Shown: piece after piece, positions 28,003-36,773 of the stretch
Layout: each line of letters opens with the position of its first letter
Position numbering within the stretch: position 1 is the stretch's first letter
IMG/VR virus record: IMGVR_UViG_3300013200_000006
Strand: one strand, 5' to 3'
Length of the DNA: 64,000 nucleotides
Source: a virus
Lineage: Duplodnaviria > Heunggongvirae > Uroviricota > Caudoviricetes
Position numbers and translations under genes: made by a program
Notes under the pieces: model-generated
What the model was told of the DNA's origin: nothing
Database searches by the model: none
The model's input: the letters and a program-made list of their open reading frames with translations, nothing else

Positions 28003-28080
28003 AAGTGAAAGGCCCATTGGGCGGATACTTCTGATTTGGAAATATCTGACAAGCCCGCCCATATTTCCTTTCACCCCCTT
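28003..28080 (+). ncRNA. candidate structured small RNA B, paralog of RNA A
   Basis: TTGACA-18-TAAGGT promoter-like (27968-27997); helices GTGAAAGG/CCTTTCAC and GGGCGG/CCGCCC; shares GGCCCAnTGnGCGGATACTTCT with RNA A with compensatory changes. Confidence 0.4.
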
Positions 28081-28352
28081 TAGGTTATAGGCTTTAAGTT
28101 AAGTTGTATTTTTCTTTGAAAAGGTGTAACCTGGTGAACATCAAGCCGCAAGGCAAATAAGCTCTGGCCCTCAGTTGAACTGGGGGCTATCTTTTTTATG
28201 ACAATGGGGAGTTTTTAAACAACGCTCGGCCTACCCACGGCTATCTGACCTTGATGACCCCCCCCATCGCCCGCGTAGATTTCGCTAAACCCCACCACAC
28301 CTGATACACTAAAACCGTCAGGCCTATTTTCCCCGACCAAAGGACAAAAACC

Positions 28353-30476
28353 ATGAACAACATCACCGCCCAGCTACGCAACAACATCATCACCATCCCC
28401 TCCCTCACCCACCCCGCAGACACCACCCTCTGCGACGCCACCGCCGCAAACCTTCTCACCTACGGCATCCTCATCGACCCCGAAAAGCTCCGCGGCGCAA
28501 GCACAACCTTCCTCACCAACCTCAACACCGCAGCCCGCAAACTCCGCGGCGCAGACCGCACCTGGGACACGTTCTACCCCAACTTCCCCAAGGGTGTGCA
28601 AGAAACCGATGAACTCACCCTCATCATCCAGCAGCTCGCCCACTACTGGACCCACGGACACTACACCCCGCAAGAACCAGACAACAAGCGCGACGAACTA
28701 CCCCTAGAAGAAATGCTCACCGGGGCCACCCGCGTCGACGTCCTCCGCGACCCCACAGACGCACCCGACATCATTGCCCGACGCATCAACCACCCCACCG
28801 CACTTCCTGCACAGGACGCAGAGTACTTTGCCGAGCTTACTTCCTTGATCACCAAGGACGACATCATCACCATTGGCAATGCTACCCGGCGCGCACGGTT
28901 CAAGGAGAATGTGGGGTTGTGGCATGCGGCTGTGGCATGTCAGCCTGTAGTCGAGGACCTGGATTTTGTGGTAGATCTTATCAACACTGTCGATTCGGCA
29001 GATGTGCTGCTGCGCCTTATTCTAGCGCTGTATGTTTACCCGCAGGACGTGGACGATGTGGAAGAAACCGCGGACAAGATCGCACGCTTCAAAACCCTGG
29101 ACCGCGGCACCAAAACCCGCCCCATCCCTCGACGAGTGCGCCGCGCTATTGTTAACCGCCTACCGCACACGGTACACAATAAGCACTTCCCAGCAGACGC
29201 ACTCCTTATGCGCGCCGGGTTGTGGAAGCGAGTACTGTCTTCTATCCATGCCTTCGACTACGCCCGTGACGAGCAGGTTAAGTACCTCCTGGATAGTCTT
29301 TTTGGCAACAATGACTACACTTCACTCAACGCTTTGGCAGATCAAGGACTCCAAGATTCTGCTACCACTCGCATGGCTGTTGACGCTCTCGCACTCTACG
29401 CGCCGGGGCGTTTGATGCGTAACGTAGTAGCGTTTTCGGTTAATGATTTTGCTGCTACTGTAGCTGCAGTTTCCGAGTGTGCAGATAAGGTGGCTGTAAC
29501 AACCCTGGTTTCTGCGGTCAACGCTGTGCGCTCTGCTGCGTCTGGTGGTCAGCGTTATCGCCGTATTGCTGGCGGTTCTACTGCTTTGGTAGAAGATGAG
29601 GTGCGGTTGTCTGGCACTCAGGCACAAGAGTTGGAGGAGTGCATCGTCACTCGCGGTATTCGACCGTCCTTAGCGAAAACCCCGTTGCCTGATAGCCCTG
29701 TGGGTGTCCGCGGCGGTGAGGTTGCTGTGCCGTTGTCGGTTGTTGGCCGTTCTGCTACGAAGACGGATCGTCGTCGTATGGTGCAGGGTGAGCGTATGAT
29801 GCTTCCTGGTTCAGGTGGTGTGGTGCGGTTCTTTATGCACTGGTATGACTGTGAAGACTCGTATGGTGGCACGGATCTGGATTTGGGTCTTGTGCTGCTT
29901 GACGAGGACATGCAGGTTATTGAGACGTGGGATTATGCGGACGTGCATAGTTCTTCTCATGGCACGAATGAGACTGTGACGTTTTCTGGTGACTCCATAC
30001 AGGCTCCGCGTCCTGATGGTGCATCGGAGTTTTTCGATGTGGATATGGCGAAGTTGGTGCAGAAGTATCCTACGGCGCGGTATATGGTGGAGAATGTTCG
30101 TGTGTATTCGGGTGCGTCGAGTATTTCTGCTGTGGATAATTATTGTGGTGTGATGCGTCGTGACAAGGCTATGTCGGGTGAGGTGTTTGATGCTCGTACT
30201 GTGGTTTCGGGTGCGTGTGCGTCTACGGGGTCGAAGTTTGTGGTGTTGTTGGCTGTTGATGTGGTAACAGGTGAGTTGGTGTGGTTGGATACGGAGACTG
30301 GTTCGACGGAGTTGTGTGGTCGTGCGGCGACGGATGGTGAGGCGACGGGGTTGGCTGTTGGTGAGGTTTTGGGTGGGTCTCGGGTGAGTGTGGGTGAGTT
30401 GCTTGGTTGGTGGTCTGGTGGTCGGGTGGATGAGTCTGTGGGTGTTGATTGGGATATGGTGTTTGGCTTGTTGTAG
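28353..30476 (+). CDS. large protein with C-terminal TerD-like domain
   Basis: C-terminal ~190 aa: TDLDLGLVLLDEDMQVIE...TVTFSGDSIQAPRPDGASEFFDVDMAKL...VYSGAS matches TerD pattern (lDlDlsalllD...hsGDnltGeg...); N-terminal 480 aa unrecognised; AAAGGACAAAAACC RBS. Confidence 0.55.
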   Translation: MNNITAQLRNNIITIPSLTHPADTTLCDATAANLLTYGILIDPEKLRGASTTFLTNLNTAARKLRGADRTWDTFYPNFPKGVQETDELTLIIQQLAHYWTHGHYTPQEPDNKRDELPLEEMLTGATRVDVLRDPTDAPDIIARRINHPTALPAQDAEYFAELTSLITKDDIITIGNATRRARFKENVGLWHAAVACQPVVEDLDFVVDLINTVDSADVLLRLILALYVYPQDVDDVEETADKIARFKTLDRGTKTRPIPRRVRRAIVNRLPHTVHNKHFPADALLMRAGLWKRVLSSIHAFDYARDEQVKYLLDSLFGNNDYTSLNALADQGLQDSATTRMAVDALALYAPGRLMRNVVAFSVNDFAATVAAVSECADKVAVTTLVSAVNAVRSAASGGQRYRRIAGGSTALVEDEVRLSGTQAQELEECIVTRGIRPSLAKTPLPDSPVGVRGGEVAVPLSVVGRSATKTDRRRMVQGERMMLPGSGGVVRFFMHWYDCEDSYGGTDLDLGLVLLDEDMQVIETWDYADVHSSSHGTNETVTFSGDSIQAPRPDGASEFFDVDMAKLVQKYPTARYMVENVRVYSGASSISAVDNYCGVMRRDKAMSGEVFDARTVVSGACASTGSKFVVLLAVDVVTGELVWLDTETGSTELCGRAATDGEATGLAVGEVLGGSRVSVGELLGWWSGGRVDESVGVDWDMVFGLL

Positions 30477-30489
30477 CGGCATAGAGAAG

Positions 30490-30530
30490 AGACGGTACTT
30501 GAGGGCCGTTGCCCTTGGGTGCCGTCTCTT
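30490..30530. terminator. bidirectional Rho-independent terminator
   Basis: GAGACGGTAC...GTGCCGTCTC stem then TTTTTGTTGTG. Confidence 0.55.
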
Positions 30531-30550
30531 TTTGTTGTGTGACGAGAGGG

Positions 30551-30808
30551 TTATTCGACTCTGTGCCAAGTAACGTGTTCGGCGAAGAACTCGTCTAGTT
30601 GTTTGTCGCTGCTGATGTGCCCGTTGGCGAAAAGTTTGAGTTGGTTTGTGGGTCCCAGGACCTGAGATAGGAAGAAGTGTTCCTTGTCTTGGGGGTCATG
30701 GAGTTCGAGAACGTAGTTGCCGTCGATAACGCCTATGCGAAGATAGCGCGCGTCGTTGAATTCGTACTCGTGTGCGGGTTCTTCGATGAAGGTAACTGGG
30801 TACGTCAT
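30551..30808 (-). CDS. hypothetical small protein
   Basis: 85-aa ORF. Confidence 0.4.
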   Translation of the reverse strand: MTYPVTFIEEPAHEYEFNDARYLRIGVIDGNYVLELHDPQDKEHFFLSQVLGPTNQLKLFANGHISSDKQLDEFFAEHVTWHRVE

Positions 30809-30811
30809 AGG

Positions 30812-31513
30812 CTACTGTGTACTGACCTCTGCCATAGTGGTCTGCACAACACTGGATTCTTGGTCGAACGTGTGGCCTGGCAGATAATCAGTCGCGGTTG
30901 CAGACCAAATAGGGTGGTCAAAGGGAAAAGCTATGGTCTCGGCGTAGTTTCCTTGCTCAATGTGTTCAATGCTGGAGACAGTGTGCATTGAGGAGATACT
31001 AGGGTTATGTGGGGAAACAAGGTCATGCCAATTAATGGTGGGCGTGTGCTTGCGGCCTTCTGGCAATAGAGGGTAGAGAAGCTGCGAAGGTGCCTTGTCG
31101 CCTAATGATCGGCACGTGTGCGCAAGCATAGAAGTCTCGTCAAGAAGCACTGGGTCGTCGGTGAGGAGAAAAATGCTGCCTGATGCAGGCATGTCCTCGG
31201 TGCCGAAGTTGTAGTGAATGAAGTTCACAGTGGTCTCGTTGTTTGTGACCGTGAAATAGTCCAGCAGCCCAGGCGTCTCCTCTGCAGGTTCAAGGCTATA
31301 GCACGGGTAGTGCGATAGAGCTTTGTGCAGAGCATCTGCATACCACTGCCGCGTGTTTTCAACACAAGTTGACAGGAGTTGAAGCGCGGCGCTGGGGGTG
31401 TGCTGGAAGTCGATCTCGTGTGGGTCGCGCCGGGTAAAAAGTGCGGAAACAGCGCGAGTTTCTTCTGGGGCAACGTAGGCGCGGTGTCGGACGAAAGTGT
31501 ACTGGGTGGTCAT
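30812..31513 (-). CDS. hypothetical protein
   Basis: 233-aa ORF. Confidence 0.45.
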   Translation of the reverse strand: MTTQYTFVRHRAYVAPEETRAVSALFTRRDPHEIDFQHTPSAALQLLSTCVENTRQWYADALHKALSHYPCYSLEPAEETPGLLDYFTVTNNETTVNFIHYNFGTEDMPASGSIFLLTDDPVLLDETSMLAHTCRSLGDKAPSQLLYPLLPEGRKHTPTINWHDLVSPHNPSISSMHTVSSIEHIEQGNYAETIAFPFDHPIWSATATDYLPGHTFDQESSVVQTTMAEVSTQ

Positions 31514-31559
31514 GGGCTCCTCTTACTTGGTTTCTAGCACAATGCAGGTGCGGTGGTAT

Positions 31560-32420
31560 CTACTTCTTACGCATATCTACAAGCGGCGCCGCGCTCGAAC
31601 CCTCGATACAGCCCACAGGGGCGGCACCGACCTTTTCGGCGGCCTCGATGCAGCGCTGGGACAGCACCTCGTCAGATAGCGACTTGCGCATAATCTCGTT
31701 GGCTTCGGCGATTTCCTTGGCGGTCTTCTTGGACTGCTCCGCCGCACGGGTATTAGCTACCTCGGATTGCAGCTGATCAATCTTGCGCTGGGTGTCCTCG
31801 TCGTAGTTGATAATCGGCAGGGCTACGCTGCGTACTTCGACTGCTCCGCCCATGCGCTTTTGCATGTCCTCTTTGATGTCGTCGGCGAACTCGTTGAGGT
31901 CAATTCCGCCCTCGGCAATCGCGTCTGCATCGAGCGGGTTGTAGCTGGCGAGCACAGCGTTGACGCTGGCGCGGAACTCGCGGTCAACCAGGTCGTTGTG
32001 GATACGCTCGAACTCGCGGTAGTCCAGGTACATCTGTTCCGCGTCCTCTTCGCGCAGCTGCCACTGGATCGACGCGTCGGCCTTGGCTTCGGACTGGTTG
32101 GCGAGACGAACCCCGATGGCGCTATCGCCGGTATAGCGGTTGGTTTGCAGCGACGCGTCCATCTTCTCGACCTCTTCCCACGGCTTCACCAGGTGCAGGC
32201 CGTTGGACAGGGTGCCGGTGGGCTTGCCGAATGCGGTGACCACGCCGACGGTACGTGCGGGAACAGCCACGGTGCTTGTGGCTACGATCATGACAATGCC
32301 TAGTAAAAGCACGCCGCCACCTGCCGCGCGAGTGGAGACTGCCATGCGTGGGGATACGGCGACGATTAATCCTGCCACGACGAAAATCGCCGCTAGAATG
32401 AGCATGAAAATTTCGAACAT
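31560..32420 (-). CDS. SPFH/band-7-like membrane protein
   Basis: two N-terminal TM helices; GVVTAFGKPTGTLSNGLHLVKPWEEVEKMDASLQT SPFH-like core; C-terminal coiled coil. Confidence 0.55.
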   Translation of the reverse strand: MFEIFMLILAAIFVVAGLIVAVSPRMAVSTRAAGGGVLLLGIVMIVATSTVAVPARTVGVVTAFGKPTGTLSNGLHLVKPWEEVEKMDASLQTNRYTGDSAIGVRLANQSEAKADASIQWQLREEDAEQMYLDYREFERIHNDLVDREFRASVNAVLASYNPLDADAIAEGGIDLNEFADDIKEDMQKRMGGAVEVRSVALPIINYDEDTQRKIDQLQSEVANTRAAEQSKKTAKEIAEANEIMRKSLSDEVLSQRCIEAAEKVGAAPVGCIEGSSAAPLVDMRKK

Positions 32421-32717
32421 ATGGTTTGTCCTTTCGTGTTAGATACTATTTCAGTAGCAGAATACTACGTAATGAACTGTAGTTCCCACTGGTACTAGTT
32501 GAAGTCCTCTCCACAGCTAAAGCTGAGGGGCTTCCTTGATACGTTGGGTGATGTAGGTGCGGTGGCGGGTGAGTTGGTATTGCGTCATGTTTTTAGTGTA
32601 TCAGGGTGGCTCTACTTTTGTACAATAAAAACCAGTATTTAATAATCGTGTTTAGTTTTGAAAAGTTGACCACAATCAACTACACTAAAAAACAACCAAC
32701 AACAAAAAGGAGACACC

Positions 32718-33146
32718 ATGGACCCCCACACCCTCAACCTCGCCTACCGAATCACCACAACCCACAACCCCATCCACCCCGACACCCTCAACACCACCAT
32801 CTACCTCACCAACATCATCGAAAAAATCACCACCGGCACCCTCGCCACCCCCACCACCTTCTACCCACACGACAACACACTAAAAACCCAAGAAATCAAC
32901 ACCCTCACCGTCTACAACAACCACATCACCACCAACTCCTTCCGCCCCTACTTCATCGTGCCACCCACCCACTTAGACGACAGCATCGACTTAGCAACCG
33001 CAGCCATCGGCACCCTCGCCGTCCAGGAACTAAACGCCACCATTGCTAACACCCCACCCTATATTCATGCCATGGAGCAAGGAACTACCATTAACCTCGA
33101 CGAAGCGGCAGAATATTATACCCAACTGTGGAACCCAAGCGTTTAG
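32718..33146 (+). CDS. hypothetical protein
   Basis: AAAAGGAGACACC RBS + ATG. Confidence 0.5.
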   Translation: MDPHTLNLAYRITTTHNPIHPDTLNTTIYLTNIIEKITTGTLATPTTFYPHDNTLKTQEINTLTVYNNHITTNSFRPYFIVPPTHLDDSIDLATAAIGTLAVQELNATIANTPPYIHAMEQGTTINLDEAAEYYTQLWNPSV

Positions 33147-33158
33147 GAAAGGGCACCC

Positions 33159-33473
33159 ATGTACGACACATTTATTATCAATACCGTCTCCGGAAAAACG
33201 TACCAGCATATCCTTGATCCTGCCGTTTTTGAAAACAAGGTCGTTATCAAAGACACAACATACATCTGCATTGTAGGGGCGAGAGAAGTATTCGATTCCT
33301 TAGTATCCGACGTCTGCGACGAAACAGGTCTTCAATATGGGCAGGTAAAACCCTATGACGCCTCCCGGTGGATATACTTCTGTCCTGGCGTCTATCTTAA
33401 TGCCCACACTGTTGAATCAGTCGTGCGTACAAATATGGAGAGCATAGAGTACAAGCAACTTCGAAGCCACTAG
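33159..33473 (+). CDS. hypothetical protein
   Basis: 104-aa ORF, GGAAAGGGCACCC RBS. Confidence 0.5.
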   Translation: MYDTFIINTVSGKTYQHILDPAVFENKVVIKDTTYICIVGAREVFDSLVSDVCDETGLQYGQVKPYDASRWIYFCPGVYLNAHTVESVVRTNMESIEYKQLRSH

Positions 33474-33490
33474 CCCGGCGCGGGCATATA

Positions 33491-33540
33491 AAACCGGCCC
33501 CTAGAAGACAAAAACCAAAACTTCTAGAGGCCGGTTTACC
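33491..33540 (+). terminator. Rho-independent terminator hairpin
   Basis: AAACCGGCCCCTAGAAG...CTTCTAGAGGCCGGTTT perfect inverted repeat. Confidence 0.6.
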
Positions 33541-33652
33541 TATTCCCTACGGAACGAGGACCCTAACCCTCGCCCCACAGTTAGTCTACACGACACGTCT
33601 TGTTTTGTGGTTGTAATATGCGGGAAAGATAGCAGATTATTTACATGAAGAA

Positions 33653-33690
33653 AACCCCCGGTATTTGTGTTCCAATACCGGGGGAGAACA
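33653..33690 (-). terminator. Rho-independent terminator for minus-strand transcription
   Basis: CCCCCGGTATT-tgtgttcc-AATACCGGGGG stem; U-tract on minus strand. Confidence 0.55.
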
Positions 33691-33802
33691 GGTTTTAAAA
33701 CTCGAAAAATGCATCAAATGCTATTCTCGGAAGTGGCGCGTGGCACGTATTTCAGAGCTGCTACCACCATCAAGTATATAGCATGCGTTCTAGGGTGGTC
33801 AA

Positions 33803-34264
33803 CTAGAGGTTCTCAAACGACATATCCTCTGCAATATCATCAGGATCTAGAACAGGGTTTTCGGCCTGAACCGCCTTGTCCCACGCTGATCCCTTAATTT
33901 TTGTTGCCTCACAAACTTCTAGTGTTGATAGGTTGCGCGTTTTCTCCCAGACGCGAAGCAAAGCTACGTTTAGCTCAACGTCCTGGGACTTATCAGGCAC
34001 AAATACTTTGCCAGAAGCAGTTTGGCAGTAACGGGTGATTCGGCCCTGGAGGTTGTCAGAGAATTGATTAGCAAGAGAGTGAAGTGCAGGTCCGTGTTCC
34101 CAAGTGCAATAAGGCTCGCCGATGAGTTCTCTGCCTGTATTTTTCTGATAATGCGTTTCAATAAGGAATATGATGCGCTGCAACTTCGCCAGGTTTAACG
34201 GACTATTGTTCCTAAAAGAAAGCTTCAGCACACTGTTAGCAATGTGCGTCGAAAAATATGCCAT
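33803..34264 (-). CDS. Panacea-domain (DUF4065, GepA/SocA-like) protein, candidate antitoxin
   Basis: MAYFSTHIANSVLKLSFRNNSPLNLAKLQRIIFLIETHYQKNTGRELIGEPYCTWEHGPALHS matches DUF4065 N-terminal pattern. Confidence 0.5.
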   Translation of the reverse strand: MAYFSTHIANSVLKLSFRNNSPLNLAKLQRIIFLIETHYQKNTGRELIGEPYCTWEHGPALHSLANQFSDNLQGRITRYCQTASGKVFVPDKSQDVELNVALLRVWEKTRNLSTLEVCEATKIKGSAWDKAVQAENPVLDPDDIAEDMSFENL

Positions 34265-34322
34265 GAAACGCCTTCTCTACAAAAGAGGGCCGAGAAACTC
34301 ATATCCCGGCCCAACCTCATGG

Positions 34323-35399
34323 CTAATTATTCTCGTAGAACCAGCTCGGAAGATTCCGCGGCTCGTCATCAGAACTGGAGCTGCTATTACCATTCGACCG
34401 CGGGGACTTCGTTACAGTAGTCGTCTCTGTCGTAGTCTGAGCCTCAGCGTCAGCAACGTCCTTTTCTAGCTGCTTAATGCGATCATCCTTGTCCTTGACC
34501 CAGCCATCGCGTTCAGCAACCTTGCCTTCAGCGTCTTGTACTCGTCGGTTAAGGTCGTCTACCTGCTTTTGAAGATCCTCGGCACTGTCACCAGAATCTG
34601 AGGCATCCTTGTTAGCCTGGTCTCGTTCTTTTACGAGTTTGTCTACTTCGTTTTGTAGTTCGGTGACCTTTTGCTGGTTTTCTTCGTTTTCGTCTTCAGC
34701 AGCCCTGTGGAAAGGGGACCCGAGGGCGAGCAAAAGAATGGAAATGAGGGCCAGTATGCCAGTAGCGATAGCGAGGGCAGTGGACTTTTTGGAAGTGGAG
34801 TCGAGTTTTTCCTGGTTTGTGTCCAGGTCGTCTTCTACTTCTTTTAGTCGAGTGGTAAGTTCCCGATTGTCTGCCTCTGCGGCGCGTAGCTTGTCTTTGG
34901 CGACGTCAAGAGAGGTGATGTTGCGGTTTCCGTCGGGGGAATAGTCTTCGTAGGTGGTGTTTCCGGGGAAGATTTGTTGCGGGGTATCTGGGTGGGTGTC
35001 TACGGGTGGGATGTTGGGGTCGGTGTTGTAGGAGTGGAAGACTTCGGTGGGTTGTTCTTCAGAGCGGTCGTAGTCGCGGTTGTAGTTGTTGCGTTCATGG
35101 CCGCGGTCAAAGTCACGGCGGTCTCCTCGGCGGGGGTCGTTGTTGAATTCACGGTCATCATAAGGGTCGTAGCTGTTGTCTGCCCGGTATTCTTGTTCGC
35201 TGCGGTTGGTGTAGTTGTCGTCGCGGGAATAGCGGCGTGCGTTCCCCTGTGCTGGGCTGTTTTGTCCATCGTCCATGTTTTTGCGGGGTCCGTAGGTTTG
35301 GCGGTATACGTCATTGAGTTGATCGTATTTTCCATTATCATTCGGGTAGGTCATGGTGCTGATGTTCCTTCTGGGGTTATTTGTTGTTTGTGCCAACAC
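34323..35399 (-). CDS. disordered N/D/R/Y-rich + coiled-coil protein with one central TM helix
   Basis: low-complexity N-terminus, TM ALAIATGILALISILLLALG, long coiled coils. Confidence 0.45.
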   Translation of the reverse strand: MLAQTTNNPRRNISTMTYPNDNGKYDQLNDVYRQTYGPRKNMDDGQNSPAQGNARRYSRDDNYTNRSEQEYRADNSYDPYDDREFNNDPRRGDRRDFDRGHERNNYNRDYDRSEEQPTEVFHSYNTDPNIPPVDTHPDTPQQIFPGNTTYEDYSPDGNRNITSLDVAKDKLRAAEADNRELTTRLKEVEDDLDTNQEKLDSTSKKSTALAIATGILALISILLLALGSPFHRAAEDENEENQQKVTELQNEVDKLVKERDQANKDASDSGDSAEDLQKQVDDLNRRVQDAEGKVAERDGWVKDKDDRIKQLEKDVADAEAQTTTETTTVTKSPRSNGNSSSSSDDEPRNLPSWFYENN

Positions 35400-35479
35400 T
35401 AGCAGGGTCTGGCGGTTGGCTCCAATTTTTCCTTAAAACGAGTATATTTTAGCATATTTAAATCTGATACCATGCACCC

Positions 35480-36178
35480 ATGGACTTTAACTACGCCCCA
35501 GAACTCATACCCAACAACCTACCTCCAGCAGACAAACGATACGCCCGACACGAACTCTTCCGCGCATTCCCCTGGGCAGTCTGGAACTCCAGCGCACTAG
35601 AAGGCTACAACTTCACCCTCAGCGAAGTAGAAACCATCATTAACGGCTACGCGCCCGGAAACTATCCTACTGACCACATCGATGACGTCCGCGGTATTGC
35701 CGCAGGATGGAAAACAGCCCTACAAGCCATGGATCAAGGGGAAGAAGCAGACGAAAATCTTGCCCGACAAATCAACTACGCGATAACACAAAAAACCAGC
35801 CTCGCGCCGGGCCAATTCCGCGGTGAATCTGCAGACATTCATGGCGATGGGGGTAACGTGCGTACACCGCGAGGTTTGTATGTTGCACCACGCCCCGAAG
35901 AGATTAAACCTCTGTGGGACGATTTTGTTATTGATGACCCGGTGCAGCGTAGTTTTTTGCGCATCCCTTTTCTTGCTCGTCTGCAGCCTTTTTGGGACGG
36001 AAACAAACGCACAGCACTTATGCTCTCCGCAGTAGACCTTATCAACAATGGTATGCCCCCGCTGATTGTGGAAAAACACAACTTCGACAAATGGCACGAC
36101 GCACTCACCTTCCTATTTATCGACAACAACGCCGATCCGGTCCTCGAAGTGCTCTCCGGCTCTGTCCTTAGAATCTAA
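35480..36178 (+). CDS. Fic/Doc family protein with variant motif QPFWDGNKRTA
   Basis: Fic/Doc core motif HxFx(D/N)GN(G/K)R present with His replaced by Gln and Doc-like NKR. Confidence 0.55.
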   Translation: MDFNYAPELIPNNLPPADKRYARHELFRAFPWAVWNSSALEGYNFTLSEVETIINGYAPGNYPTDHIDDVRGIAAGWKTALQAMDQGEEADENLARQINYAITQKTSLAPGQFRGESADIHGDGGNVRTPRGLYVAPRPEEIKPLWDDFVIDDPVQRSFLRIPFLARLQPFWDGNKRTALMLSAVDLINNGMPPLIVEKHNFDKWHDALTFLFIDNNADPVLEVLSGSVLRI

Positions 36179-36213
36179 ACAAAACCAGGCCCCTAACTGC
36201 TACACTATTTGCC

Positions 36214-36666
36214 ATGGACAACTACCAAAAATACGCCGAGCAGTACAACCTCAACCACGAATACTTCAAAGAATTCGCCCAAGCCTTTGTCTCGACCGCA
36301 GCGAGCGAACACTACGTCTCCTACGATGTTGATGAAGACCCTGTTCTCGTTGGTGACCTAGAATGGGAAGCGCCTGACATTGGTGAAGGAATCGACGAAA
36401 ACGACGCCATTGCTGCGATCGAAGAACACGACACCACATTCAACACACTTGCCGTATTTTTCCGCGACTACCAGCACGTCATGGACACTAAAGGCATCTC
36501 CTACCCCGAGTTCGCGTCAGCACTTTACTGGGACCTGGAATGTGGAGAAGACCAGCTAGAACAGCTCATTGGCGGTGAAGAAGGCCAAAAAATCTCCGCC
36601 CATGCTAATGATGCCGGATGGTGCGATTACTTCTATATTGATCACGGAACTCTTGCCCTAGATTAA
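36214..36666 (+). CDS. hypothetical acidic protein
   Basis: 150-aa ORF. Confidence 0.45.
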   Translation: MDNYQKYAEQYNLNHEYFKEFAQAFVSTAASEHYVSYDVDEDPVLVGDLEWEAPDIGEGIDENDAIAAIEEHDTTFNTLAVFFRDYQHVMDTKGISYPEFASALYWDLECGEDQLEQLIGGEEGQKISAHANDAGWCDYFYIDHGTLALD

Positions 36667-36773
36667 AAACAGCACGCACGCGGCGAAGATTTTCCAACTA
36701 ATAACAAAACCTGTGCTACAGTTACCTCATCGTTACAAAACCGTTTGACCCACAACGTGCGCGAAAGACAACA

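Noticed and set aside
29811-30569. 252-aa His/Arg/Thr-rich minus-strand ORF
   Set aside because: It is antisense to the TerD-fusion gene, and its extreme basic low-complexity composition is typical of a wrong-strand reading of GC-rich coding DNA. The same applies to 32606..33049, 47277..48118 and 7005..7562.
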